Assembly: GCA_036172245.1 (NCBI GenBank)
Contig: JAYWIR010000064.1
Coordinates: 1 to 64,000 of the forward strand
Source of the DNA: Raillietiella orientalis
Taxonomy: Eukaryota
Direction of reading: 5' to 3'
Length of the DNA: 64,000 nucleotides
In this document: one piece after another, positions 27,401 to 41,219 of the stretch
Layout of the letters: the number at the start of each line of letters is the position of its first letter
Position numbering within the stretch: position 1 is the first letter of the stretch
The notes under the pieces: model-generated
What the model saw: the letters and a program-made list of their open reading frames with translations, nothing else
Databases searched by the model: none
Told to the model about the DNA's origin: nothing
Made by a program: the position numbers and the translations under genes

Positions 27401-30400
27401 AATTCATAGTAAAGACCGTAAAATCACAGATCTGGCAGCATGAAAAATTTGAAATCAGTGTATATAGGTTTTCATCCCCAGAATCTAGTATTCTGTTAAC
27501 GAAAGAAACAGTAAATTTCTTTATAAGTTTTAGTAGACACATTTCATTGCTCATAATTTTTTATTATAATTTTCATTGGTATTCTAATCGTCTTTTATGG
27601 TTTTTTAGAAGATGAAATTATTATCAGCAGGAAGTATCAATACCATGCACCAATCCAAAAGCTTACCTATGTGGAAGCATGATTGTACTCTACACTGTGC
27701 TAATCAACATTGTAATCAGGATGATGGCAGTGTATCCAGTGAATTTAACAAGTACTGAATTTCACTATCATATTTTTTACATTCAAGTTCCTTAATGTTT
27801 TCTAATTGTTTTGGTGCAAACCTGAGCCGTGAAAGAATAGTTTCATCACAGCTCAGGTTTACATTTTTATCAATTTTGGTTTGGAGTAAAATATTTAAAC
27901 CTTCACTATATCTGAATGTGAATATTTCATCAATAAATTTTCTCGTTTAAGTATTATTTTGGCAACAGCGCTTTTTGTGATAAGTTTCGTGATAATTTCT
28001 TAATATTATGAAGAGATCTCAACGAACCTCTTACTGAACAAGGATGATAACGAAGAAAAAGTATTTGAAGTTTTCTCTTTTTCCAAATCATAAGCTCTTT
28101 ATAAAAATGGTATAATTAGACAGTACTGTCTTCTTTATACACATTAACTGTGAATTCAATCATACTGCAGTAAAGTTCTATTTATTCAGTAATTATGTTT
28201 AATCAAAGGCTGCATATAGAGCTTAGACGAATGTTGAGAATGCAAATAAAGGAACTAGATTTCAGATTCCATTAGTATAAGATTTTTATCAAGAAGATAG
28301 ATATGATATAAACAAATTAAAGAACTATTTTAGAGAACTATTAAAATGTGTGATTCACAAATGAACAATTTTGGGGACCTTTCCTTTTAAACGAGTACGA
28401 TCGCCATGTCTTCAAGTTTTACCAACAAAACCCTCCTGCATTATTTTAAATAGCTGCCATGGAGCTACAAAATCAGCAAAAGCTGGCTGATTGCAATATA
28501 ACGATTACTAAAATATGGAATAAATGAAAAATTGATTTAAAATTAAATATTCATTAACATTAAATACATTCTTCATTATTATTCATTCTTGGGTTATGAT
28601 AAAATGTATGAACAAAATGGGAACACTGAGTCCCACAACATGGATATTGATCTTGTAAAGCACAAAAAGAAGACACATTAATAAAAAAAATATTGAACAA
28701 ATACATGCAAAATGAAATTTCCTAATCGTCGCAACTAAAAAGAAAAACGAAGGAAAACGAAATAAGATCTGAATTCTGCTATTCAATGAACTGAAGCCAA
28801 ACCAGTTTCAAAGAAAACAATTTTGTATGGATTGTAGTCTATGTGAGGGGATGTTATGAGAAAGTTAAATAGCAAAGAGATATCTATGGTCATAATTTGA
28901 TGACCAGTTCTGTAGAATATATATTTATTAGGTCACAAAGTCATGTGTGCACTGCATTTACATACAAACCTCGTAATAACAAGAGTACTAGACCGACTGA
29001 TATAAATGGCTGAGTCGAAAACCGTTTTCAATTGCGAATACTCTTTGCAGAGCATCACATATTTCACAGAATTTTGGTTTATTGTATGGGGATGAAAAAT
29101 ATGTTATCAATTCCAATAAAGTCGTATTTAGAATAAACCATTTGTATAAGCAATTCGTGGCCTGAAAAGAAAATGCTATCGCGCTGGTAGAGAATACATG
29201 TTCATACTTATCTTGGGAATCGATAGAAATACATATGGCTTTACAGAGATTTAGAATTGAAGTCGGAAGAGCAGCACTTTCAAACTAGTTAGACTTTTTG
29301 TTACGAATTTATTCTTTACTTGGATGAAGGCATTGCATTCTTGTGCTCATCCATATCAGCACTATGGATTTCATTTTTATTTTTTGAAATCACAATTACA
29401 ACAAGTATTTTCAGAAATTTGGAGTTGATATATCTTTGCTTATTTTTTTTCAATATACGAAAATATGAAATGCGTATGTTCAGAAGAAAATGTGGAGCTA
29501 TCTTTCCCTCTATTCAATTTACTAAAACACCCAAACAATTTGCGCATTCAAATGTTTATCACATGACAATCGTTACTCTATTGACGAAAATTAGGACATT
29601 CATAGGTATCTCATAAGCTTTCAAGAAACAAAAATGTACACTCCAAATACAGTATCAAATGAGCAAATCAAACTTCAGAAAATATTTGAAACATTACCAC
29701 TGATAGAAAATCAGCTCGTATATCTCATTATGTTTACCATCTGATAGAAAGCATGGCATGAGACAAAATTTTAATTAGAGATATCTAGTTTCAGGTGAAC
29801 GATAATTAGAAAGTCTAAATCTCTTCTAATGCTCTTAAGAAACGAAGCTTCTCAGAGATCATTCAGGAAATGCACGATTAATCAAGGAATTTAACATCTG
29901 AAGGTAGACTTGAACCTCTGAACCCTTCATTTCATTTCCTTCACAAGAAAGACTAGTTCTTCACATAATACAATCTTCCAGAAAAAGAACATGAGATATG
30001 AACTTGGATTAATAAGCACTCTTATATTCAGAGAGGGCAAAGAATCCAAAGAGATACGAGGGCATTTATACAAGAACACACATCGGTCGGTCATGGAATT
30101 CAGTATAGTGCTACAACAAAAACTTTCCTATTTGCAAACGTGAATTCTGGAAAGGATCTTTAAATGATAACGCCTTATATTGGCACTTTTTAAAACAATC
30201 AGATGAATACTGTAAGGTATATCTAAGAAGATATCTGACCGTTTCCAGCTATCTTTACAAATCCTTACCAGCTCGTAGTCTCAATTTCTAAGCACAAATG
30301 GTTTCAACAGTGAGAAGTTTCATGTACTTTGAAAATGCGTTCAATTTACCTCATAAAGTGCTTTTTTGTTTTTCAATGGTTTCTTGGAAGTATTAAAAAT

Positions 30401-33400
30401 AAAATATAATTTTACATTAAGTGACTTGCTGTTTGAAAAAAATGATTCAGTTCCAAGTCTCATGATCTTATTCCCAGCGTCTGAAGGAATGTGTAAATCA
30501 TCGATTGGCTAGTGAATACATGTTGTTGCATATTGAAAATGAATGTTGAAATCCATTTCAAGTGGTTCAAATTTTAGGAATTTACGTGGCCTGCTGGTAA
30601 TGCTCGAAGAACTGCAAGTCACCTGTAAAGAAATGCAAAGAACCCTATCTTTCTTGAATGACAAAGTAAAGGTCCAAACTATAATTGCTGACAGAATGGA
30701 AATCAAGTGAGAAAGATTTCCTTGGCAGTTTCGAGATCAACTGTATTCTTAAATGATCAGTCAAAAAATGCTGTATATGCATCTCTATTCGCAAACTTAT
30801 ACAGAGGTGTCTTTCGGGAATGAGGAAGAATTACGGAAAATTTCTTGTCAGCGTATTTTCGACGCTAACATTTGATTTAGCTCTGGGTCTCGATCCAATG
30901 TGGTTTCAAATTTATCGATTCTTAGACCTGTGTCATGTTGTGCTACTGCTAAGCCCTTGGTAAAATATTTTTGCATCTGGCTTTACTTTTATTAAAAACA
31001 GTAAGAATCTGCGATGAATGGATGGTAATTTCGAACTTATTCGATAACTTATTTAGGATTATCGAGATTCCATTTCACTTATAATAACCACTATGTGCTA
31101 ATAAGTCAAGCGTGTAAGCAACAGTGTTGTTTTCTTTCCAACCACGTGACAAAACAGCCACAATTATTCCCAACTTTGTTGTTCATTTCAGCTAATTTTG
31201 CCACTTTCCGGGATTCTTTTGCTATGTGGTTTAATAAAAGTGCAAGCCGATTTTCTGCGCTGCACTGACAATCTTCGCAGGTGTCCTTTTAAATACCGCT
31301 TTGCAATCGACCCTTGCTGCTATTTTAACTACCTTTATTTCCGGGGAAACCAATCTTCATCGAGCAGATCGTATCTGTCATTCTCTCTAGGTTCCATAAA
31401 CTTAGGCTTTCGACAACCCATGACAGGAAAAACTAATTTCGTATGGATTGCCTTAAAGGCAGTTTCCTATCGAGGACTGCACAGAAAACGTTCAGCGTGC
31501 AATGCTTAGTAACGGAAGATGAGAGTTTTCAAACTGCAGCACATGAATTCTGACTATGGTTCTGCACGATTTTAAATGACTTTTTGAACATAAGACGAAA
31601 CGAAGCTTTTCGAATCTTTCGGCGTGGTACGTCATCAACATATTGTCAATGACTCTGTGACACAGTTCTCTTAATGAATAATCCGCAGTTATTACCGACA
31701 AATATGGTGCTTCTCCTCATTGAATTCTCCCGTCTTATTACGTCGTTTTCACGGATGTTCCCTACACAATAAGGAAATCAGTTGGTAGTCAAAGTAAAGC
31801 GCTATTTGCAATGCAATTTTGAGGAGTCCACTCATTGAAATTACTCGGTAATAAAAAATTCAAACAAAGAGCTTGAACAACGCTTTTCGAGCATTCAGAA
31901 TTTTTAACGATAAAAAACTTTGTTGGCATTTTTTTTTTTTAAAAAAAAAAAAAATGGAAACTCGTAGACAATCCAGATAAAGGCTTTATGTACTTAAAAT
32001 TGTAAGCATTATTAATAAAATGTCTTGTTTTATTTCATTTACTTATTTCTGTTTTAAGAATTTAATCGTCTTGGTAAACCAGGGCCAGATGTTTAATTCA
32101 AAAGGTATTAACGGACTGAGCTTCAGAGTAAACAAAATTTGATCATAAGGATGCTGTGATTCTTCTAGCATCCTTCCATGATTAGCGGTTTTAATCCAAA
32201 ATCTTCCATCACAAGTACCTAAGAAATTTACGATTCTACTGGTTATGTGCTGCTAAATCATTCTGCTTTTAAGACCAAAATTTAAATCTGTTAGTACAAT
32301 CTGTAATTCGAAATTCAAATCCTAAAGGTCTTAAGCAACAAATTCATCTTGATTTATTTCTGTTAAAACATTCTTCTGATTTTTGATCTCAAATGCATTT
32401 CCCAGTTGCTTCCTTCATTATTTCGCTTCAAAATTTGTCATCCCTATCTGGTGTTAATTAGCATTCATTTCTGTATTCTTTTTGCAACTTCATATGCCTG
32501 TATACAGACATGTTGAACTTAAATGAAAGAGAACGCTTACATGGCAGCGTCTTACTGATGCCGTGCGATTGATGTGTGTGAAAACTGAAACAGATAAAAT
32601 AAATTATAAAAGAAAGTGAGAAATCAAAAAATAAGCGTACTGAATACTGCCAGGTGCAGTTGCAAATGTTCTCCATCGTTTTGATTCTGTGAATTCCAAA
32701 CCATCATTTCGGTACTGTTTACAGTTTGTACCAAAATTTTGCATACACAAGATAGACTAATCAATTGCCATAATTAAAGAATGATGCGATCGTTTCACTT
32801 GGTATATATAAATCGGGTTAAGCTCACTTCTTTGATGGAATTGCATGTTGTGCATACACATTAGTGCTACTTCTTTTCACAAATGTATTATGTGTACAAA
32901 ATTTTTCTCTCTCCCCTAGATAATGTAATTTTTTTTATTCTTGTTGAGCGTGTTTCACCTTGACGTAACCTTTGCACAAATATTTTGGTCTTATAGCAAT
33001 CCGTTGAAACTGAAACTACATAAAAAAAAAAAAGTTTGGAGACTGAAAACCTATGTAGATATATGAAAGCATTGCTTCAGCGAGCCACTCCAAAACAAAC
33101 AGAATATTCTTTGTGATGAAGCACCATAGATCCATATGCTGATAATCTTTGTGATTCATAGACTTTGAAAAATGAAGTGTGAATGCCTTGATAATTCTGC
33201 CGAAATCGTTCAAGTTTAAGTACATGCTAAAAATGCTCCCTGGCGGCTACTCGTCGAATTAATCAAGGTCATTCGTGCGGCCTGATGCATCAGTTGTAAT
33301 AAAGCAAACGAATTTGCACATAGTTTCGAAAAAAGAATCAAGAGTAAATCAATGTACTTTCCGAATATCCAGGTGCACCTTTTAAGGAGGCCTCAACGTT

Positions 33401-34864
33401 CGCCTGCCTTTTCTGTGCAAATAGGAAAATACGAAATATATGTACTGAAATAGAGTTCTCAAACGTACTCCCTTTCAAATCTGCGGCCTTCTTAAAGTGT
33501 GGTACATATTGTCATCATAACAAGGAAAACCTGATTCGGGTATTTTGCATACATTCTCCAAATTTTGTATATCTTTTGATACAATAGGTTTCGTGATAGT
33601 TACAATCTTTCGATTTATAATGACATTCTTAAGATCTTTTCCATGTGCTTTCAAAAAAAAATTTCTCCGCGCAAGTAATGTGCTGAATTCTTCCATGTTC
33701 AGATGTTGAACTAGACATGCTTTCTAACATCATCTTAACGTAAGAGAATCAATAGCCAAGTATATGTGGAGTATAATTTATCAAATTTGCGCAGAATCAT
33801 CAGGTAAGTATTCATTCATGAATCCTCAAGATGCACTCTAAGTCAAGATTACGAAAAGTTCCCCATATGCAATGAGACTATAACATGTGTAAATCTGCAA
33901 GTATCTCAGTTGCTTGGAAACATTTTTTTGCCTATAAATTTTTCAGTCGTTTGACGAAAAAATGAGTACGAAGCAACGCGTTTTTTTGCGTCTGTGAGAC
34001 CCTCAACACAGCAATTTTCACTTATTGGCAACTTCGTACCGATTGTGGTTGCATTCTACAAGTACGAGTGTGTGAGCGTAAGCTACACTGGTCTACAGAT
34101 CACGGTTTCCTTTCTTAGAATGACTTACTTTCAGTGATCCCTTCTGCTATGGAATCATGAAAAAACTGCTTTTCTTTCTGTTCACTGAGTGCATCTATTA
34201 ATACCAGTAAAAGCCCTAATTGGCGTCCATGATGGAATCTGCTTCGTATCCTCACCTGTTAAATGTCTCTGTTAAATTTTAGCGGAGTAACAAATGAACG
34301 ACTTCTATTTCCAGATACAATAGAACAACCTTAAAATCTATGAGCACCAGCGTTGCTAACTTTTCGGAACCGATCGCCACCATATCCAGACCATCATCAT
34401 TAAGTTTATTAAAAAACACGCGCACACAGCCTCAAATCGTTGGTTTTCATTGACGCTAAATTAATTCAGATGGTTACTTTAGCTTTCAATCACTAATTTG
34501 TTTCCTATGATATTCTGGCTGCATTTATATACTGAACGGTTTCGTGACCTTCGTTTTCTTTAGCTGGAAACGCTGTTTTTCTACAACCTATTTCTATCGT
34601 TGCACGCCAGCGACTCATTTTAATTTTACCGTTCCAAAGTCCCCATTGCAATAAAGTCAAACTTCCTTTATTTCTAAAGAACCAATAGTCATTTCATAAG
34701 TGTAAGTACGTGAGGGACAAAGGCTGTCGATAGCATCCAAGCGGTCACAGTAGCATTTTACTTCAATGGAATTTAATTCCAAGGTAATGAACAAATTACA
34801 GAAGGCAAAAAACACGATCGCAAGCTTGGCTTTTGCCACACATCTTGCCTATCTCGAAAATCAC

Positions 34865-34901
<37 letters not shown>

Positions 34902-35259
34902 AAGTAAGCTCCCAACCTTACAAGATATGCAGAGTGAATCGTTATTTCATGTGTATTCACTTAAACGTCATCCGTGGTTACGTTTTTTTAACTGTATATA
35001 TTTCCATAAAGCTGTAAGCTACTAAGAATATACACGCAACTTGGCAAACTGCTTGGCTGCTTTTATGTCCATTAAATTCTGTCACATCATGAAATGTTAT
35101 AGTAGTACAAAAACCTTTTGCTTACAATAGCTTTCAGTTTTCATATACGGACCGTTCTGGCGACGGTTCCACTTGTTTCCCGCATGGCTCTTTGTCCAGC
35201 AAAGTTTCCTGGTCTGGTCGCGAGTTTCGGAACCTTCTCAGGAACAAATATATATTCCC

Positions 35260-36006
35260 ATGTCCGACTGCGCTTCCTACGATACCAGAGACCGAATTTC
35301 TTCACGTACGAAGTTGCATATACGAACAGTCATCCAAATAAGCAGCGGGAAAATACATCTTAGTCGCTACAAGCATACTTATTGAGTAAAAATTTCGCAT
35401 GAATTTGTTGTAATTAAAGATGGATGATAACACGTGAAATATGGAACACGAATTAAAATATGCAAATAATTGCTTGTTGAACCGTTAGGAACCTTTGATT
35501 CCAATGTTTAAACAGTTTGACTTTTGCTCAATTCAAAATACGCTGTAAATTCTAAGCATAAGTACATTTGATTTTTTTCTAGGATAGGAACAATAAGTCG
35601 ATTACAATCGAAAATTAAAAACTTGGAAAGAACACAGGGACAACTTTTGAGAAGATACAATAATGGTGAGACTCAAATAAACAGACTGTTTTCTGTGTTA
35701 AGTACAATGTATTCAAATCTTGAGGATCAAATGAATGCTATGCTGAAGAAACAAACTTCTATTGAGAACCTCATGAAAGCAATAAAACCTGAGAACCCAA
35801 GGGAATCTATTGCAACTCAAACGAGTATGAAAGCTACAGGCAAAAAATCAAATCCAACAAACTGCTCATTCAGTAAATCAATAACCTGTGCAGATGACAG
35901 TAGCTTTCATGCACAGAACTCAAGAATGCTCCACCTGTTACAAACCAAACTTTTCCTTGCAGCACAGTATATTAAATACATGCAGAACAGTCAACAACTC
36001 CATTAA
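35260..36006 (+). CDS. Candidate orphan coiled-coil protein, 3 exons, ~169 aa
   Basis: Exons 35260-35305, 35346-35385 and 35583-36006 join in frame. There is a strong polypyrimidine acceptor at 35582. The terminal exon is a 140-codon open frame with heptad-like SRLQSKIKNLERTQGQLL...LEDQMNAMLKKQTSIENLMK. The 5' exons are tentative and the family is not recognised. Confidence 0.45.
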
Positions 36007-36329
36007 CAGACATGAGAAGACACACATATAAATAATTTCCAATGTTTCAATCCATGAAGAAATACAATTTATTTCCATAGAATATTAAATATTTATCAAG
36101 TTATATTTATCAATATTTATCAGTATCAAGATAGTGCATACTATTGCACAATATTTGTTAAAAAGTACTGAAATGGTATCAAAAGTAATGATCAAATGAT
36201 CAAAACATCCTTCCATAAATGTTATTTTGCATTAAAGTTTAAAAATCATGAAAAATACAGGTCAATTGCCAGATACTATCACAGTTTCTCTATTTCATAT
36301 TTATCTACTGATAACCTTCAGCATGGTTT

Positions 36330-37217
36330 CTATGACTGCATCAAATTTTGGTACATGCGTAATCCCCACCATGCTTCAAGATCGAATGGAATGAAATCTA
36401 AAAATTCAGTTAGTTTCCTTAAAAGAGAAAGTGAAAAAAAAACACCTTCCATTTGGGGATTTTTTCCATCCTCTTGATAATAGACCACTTTGTTTGCTAA
36501 AACACTTGGAAGTTTCATGCATATTCTGAAATTTTCTTACCAGAGCTTACATTATCAATATGGTTCAAGACATTATCCTCATTTACGACTCTCCTCCAAG
36601 CTGATATACAGAATTTTTTCTCTTAATTGTCTCTTGAATTGGTACTCACAATCATAAACGTATTTTATGATTTCCTCATGCTGTGGTGACAAAGGTTCTG
36701 GAGGATTCACATTTTGCTGGACTTTTTTGATTTGCGAAGAATGGAATACTGGCTTTGGAGAACTGGGGAGGTCATAAGGTCTGCTTAAATTACGAATTCA
36801 AAATTAAAGACCAACAAAAAACTTCAAAAATGAGAATGAAATTTTGAAAATCGCATTTTTTAAAAAATCAATATTACTAACATACACTAAGTAAGTCTCA
36901 ACAATTACATGCCTTTCTGACAAACGTTTACCTAATTTCCTTTATATCGTGTTTAACTCCATTTCGTTTGGGATGTAACGGAAAGCTTTTTGTCGAATCA
37001 AAGTTATCCAATTTCTGACACAGGCCTGCAATCAAATTTATGAAACGAATAAACTTTCGCGTTCTATGCAACACAGCATGGAGCTCTGAGATCATTTGAA
37101 ACAAAATATTTTATCTTTAGCAGTCATGTTCCAAGCAAATGAAAACATTAGTCTTAACTCAATACCTCTTCTTGCTTTCGTAACTACTTTCGTTGGGCCT
37201 TTAGAAATGCAGTACAT
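36330..37217 (-). CDS. MCRIP2: MAPK-regulated corepressor-interacting protein (MCRIP2/FAM195 family), 6 exons, 151 aa
   Basis: Exons 37217-37166, 37025-36932, 36780-36650, 36600-36541, 36496-36446 and 36397-36330 (456 nt). Motifs MYCISKGPTKVV, SSPKPVF, PQHEEIIKYVYDSW and DFIPFDLEAWWG match the FAM195/MCRIP family. Confidence 0.9.
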
Positions 37218-40145
37218 GCTCAATAACACTTCTATTCCTCAAAAGTTTAATCACCTGGTAACAACGAGCACCTCACTCGCACTCACTTCCACGCATTACT
37301 ACCGGTGTTTAAAAAAATTATGCACGGTCTCACGTGCATACGAATTCCACATTCACACCAAAGATGACCTTGTGCACGAATTATTGGTTTTAAATGTTTC
37401 ATTGTTTAAAGTTCGAAACAAATTTTTACATGCATGCTGACGATAGAGCAAATAAAAAACAGCGGGAAACTTTACACAAACTCCTTTATTTTTTCGTACT
37501 GAAATTTCATTTTTCCTTTTTTAGGAAATCCGCGACATTTTATGAAGGTATTTTTCAAAGAATAGGACACATCATCCGACTATTAATAAAGATCTCATTA
37601 ACTGAATATTAAATTAATTCATAACACACTAAGTACACAAACTTAGATAAAGCACTGTCCTCAAAGACTCTTTAAGTTAAAGAAAAATAAAATTTGAAAC
37701 TAGTTCCAAATATTATTGTACATGTTTCCTTGGATATAGGGTAAAGACGGATTATATTGTAAACAAGGCTGAAAGCTCTTGATGCTGAAAAGAAACAGCT
37801 TACTTGGGGGAAAAGGCATCCCTCCTCAGCATAGATTTCGAAAAAATCAGAAGCTTTCCTAATTTCCAAGTTCAATGAATACTGACTTTTGTAAATAGAG
37901 TAATCAGTATTGTAAAATAGGAAAAGCGGAAATGAAAAAACCCTTGATTTACATACATCCGAAAAAACGCAAACAGCTTCGAAGTGATAGGTATTATTCG
38001 ATAGCATACTTTACACCTTTAACGACACTTAAAGAAGTGACATGCAAGAGAACGAATTTCGACACCCTCATGACAGATGCAAGAGGGCTTAGTATCCAAG
38101 GATCGTACAACAAATCAGCAAAAATTGTTTCCTCAGAATGAAAAGCTTCAAAGAAGACAAAGAAGCAATCTATTGTTAATTTGTTTGGTATGATAATGTA
38201 CAGTACATTGAAGCAATTTTTCAGTCGAAAAATAAGTGAATTTCCACAGTGACAGGATATCATCATCAGGGGAAAAACGAATGTAAAGAAAAAGTCAATT
38301 AGGAGCATACTGAGGTATATTAAGTGCAGTCAAAGAAACTACTAATTGAAATCATACTTCATCAGCATCAATGAGTAGAAGTTTACCAAAATGCCCCGAA
38401 AACTGAAAAGACATTTTACTATCTATAAAAAACAGAAGACAAGAAAAAAATGCATAATATAAATGCGAATAGACATGCAGAGAATGGAGAAATGAGGAAA
38501 TCAACACCAACAGGTATTGAAATTACTCCATTTCATTAACAACTAAAGTCTAAAGACAACGTTAAGAATATCCCTACCTAGACTGAAAAGGGAATCACCG
38601 ACATTGGAAACGGTTGTTTGAAATAATTTGAACATTTCTTGCACAGGAATTTAAGGAATAGCACGTGCAAATTAAAATGGATCATGTTAATACCAAAATT
38701 TAAACACAGTAACATATAACGAGTGGCAAACTAGTTAGCAAAACAAGAATTAATTATAAAAATTGAAAGTTTTCACGGTTCGTAGTTAAATGTCCTAACC
38801 GCAAAATCGGTATTTTGCCACATTTCAATTACTTTATTATTTTAATTAAAACACATTTTTGACTATGAAGCATTTTTGAATACTTGTATTGTGTGTCGCC
38901 TTTCAGTTGCTTTTAAGGAGAATAAACCTTTCTGGTTCAAAAAGTAGAATGCTGATATGCAAGTTATATATCCTGCGTTTCAATTGTAATCTACGAAGAG
39001 AAAGAGGTGAGCCCTGATTTTTTTACTACCCCATAAATTTTAGAACGCGAGCTGGTGAAGTAAGTCAGCTGCTATAAAGAGCTGAATTGATAAACTTTTC
39101 TTTAGTTGTTATGATTGCACAACATAAAAGCATTTTATTATAGCAAGTAGGAGAAATGAGAATCAATTTTTCTGTCTTTTATTCAATTAAGCATCACTCT
39201 TCCAGGATAATACGCAAAATGCCACTTTTGTTATTCTACTTTGTGCCTAACCGGAAAAGGAAAAGAAGTATAATATTTTTTTTATTATCTAGTGAATGAT
39301 TCCAATCAGCTTCCAAAGAAGAATTTCGATTGAAAATCCATTATCCATGCACTTTAATTTTACTGCAGCAAATTATTTTTATTGCTTGATATGATAAACA
39401 TATGAATGGATTTTTTGAATAGCCACTGATTATTTTAGAACTTAGTACCAAAACAAAACGGAAATCGTCGCAGAAATTCGGTCTCTTGTTCCTACTCACT
39501 TAATGTCTTAGGACAATCCATGATACAGTATTTAGATGTTTATTTGAAAGATGCTCTATAGGAGTCCGGGACTTTTATTTTAAGAATAAGCATGAAAAAT
39601 CTTTAATCAATTGTTCTCAATTGATTTCATCAGTAACAAGAATTTTGGAAAAATTATAATAATAGGCATTTCATTTCTTTTCTAATTTTCTCAGGAAGCA
39701 AGCTGAAGCTGTATGTTCTGAGTACTATTTGAAAATTTCAAACTTCATGTCCACAACTGGATTTAAGTCGGTAAGAGCGATTTGAAACCGAAGAATTCTT
39801 AATATTTAACTGTGAAATGCCTTAGGAAAAAGCTCATTATTTGAAGATGTATCACTGATTTCATCTATCACCTATAGTTTATTACATTTCATCATTCATG
39901 TCCTACTAGATATCCGATAATTTTTTAAGCTATGCATGTATTACTGTTTTAGTTATGCAGCGAATATATGTACCTCATTGAATACCGGTAGATTTTGCTT
40001 GGATTAATTGCATGTTTATGGTATGAATTTCAATTCTTTATGCAGCGAATCTCAGTTGAGAAGTTATTGGTGGATCATTTTTTCATATACACATGTGAGA
40101 TTTTTATTCGCATACTGGGTAATAATAAATAGTAAAAAAACTTAC

Positions 40146-40499
40146 CAGTTCATCGGACAACCATCTGAGATTCCATTCAACTGTACGGAAGAATTTCATT
40201 GTGTTCCAGATGATTGATATCCAGTATATAATTTTATCTAATTACACGGATATTCAAATTTTACGTTAAAAATAGCCATTTTTATCATTGAAGTACACAA
40301 GGAAAATTCAATATAACATTACCATGATTGAAATGAAATGCGAGTGTAACCCTGTCATATTCATCCGTTTCCGCCTTTTGAATGTAATGTTGTGTGCGGT
40401 GAGGCCTTGCAATGGGATTTGATAAATCTGAGGGAATATTGTTTTGTTTTTCCTGGTGTTTAGGTTCTTATTCATGAAAGTGTTGATTTTGCCTTGTTT
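40146..40499. promoter_or_regulatory. Candidate bidirectional promoter / divergent non-coding first exons of MCRIP (-) and SF3B3 (+)
   Basis: Outward-facing consensus splice donors: ctg|GTAAGT on the - strand at 40145 and ttt|GTAAGT on the + strand at 40500. A + strand polypyrimidine acceptor at about 41131 lies just upstream of the SF3B3 ATG. Confidence 0.4.
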
Positions 40500-41219
40500 G
40501 TAAGTGTGTACGGTAGCATGCATGAAGTTTGCCGATTTTTAGCGCTTCTTTCAGAAACCTATGTAAAGATCTCTAAAGTTTCAATTTTTCTTTTTTTAAA
40601 AGTTTTGTGAAGAATTGATTCAATCTACTAAATTTGTGAAAATTACCCGTTTCTTTTGAATGAAATGAATATGATTTTTAAAATTGGTTTTCTTTTTTAA
40701 ACATCAAGTTGTATATTGTGACATAAATTCCGGAGTGTTTGTAAACTTCGTTATCGTTGGTCTGCTTTATAGCTCCAGTAATGATTTGTATTAAAAACAT
40801 GTGTTAACGTTTAGTTGGTGACGTTAACTGTAGTATTTCGTTATGAAGCTATACATTTAATTTGGTTTTATCGCAAGGGAATCTCTGTAAAAACAGGGCA
40901 TCAAAAGCTACAGTTTTTCATGGGAGATTATTGTTACGTAATTTTCCACCAGTAATGACTAATGAAATAAAATCGCTGTTTTATCTATTAAAGTGTTCGA
41001 TAAGCTTCTCTTTAAACCGTTGTTTACGTTGTTTGATGTAGAATTTTCTTGGTATAATATGTTTAATGCTGCAATCGTTCTTTTCTTGTAGTTTTTTTCT
41101 TTACTTCTTTTGAAGCTTTTTCTGTTTTTAGATAAGTTTTAAAAGATCATACGACTTTTGAGGTATCTAATGTTGATTTTGTACCCCAAGTTTGTATTGT
41201 GTTCTACTCTAATATTAAA

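Noticed and set aside
35386..35582. Intron with AAATAA and ACA motifs resembling an H/ACA RNA
   Set aside because: Pocket-to-ACA spacing is only about 5 nt and the stems are weak; the motifs are expected by chance in AT-rich DNA.
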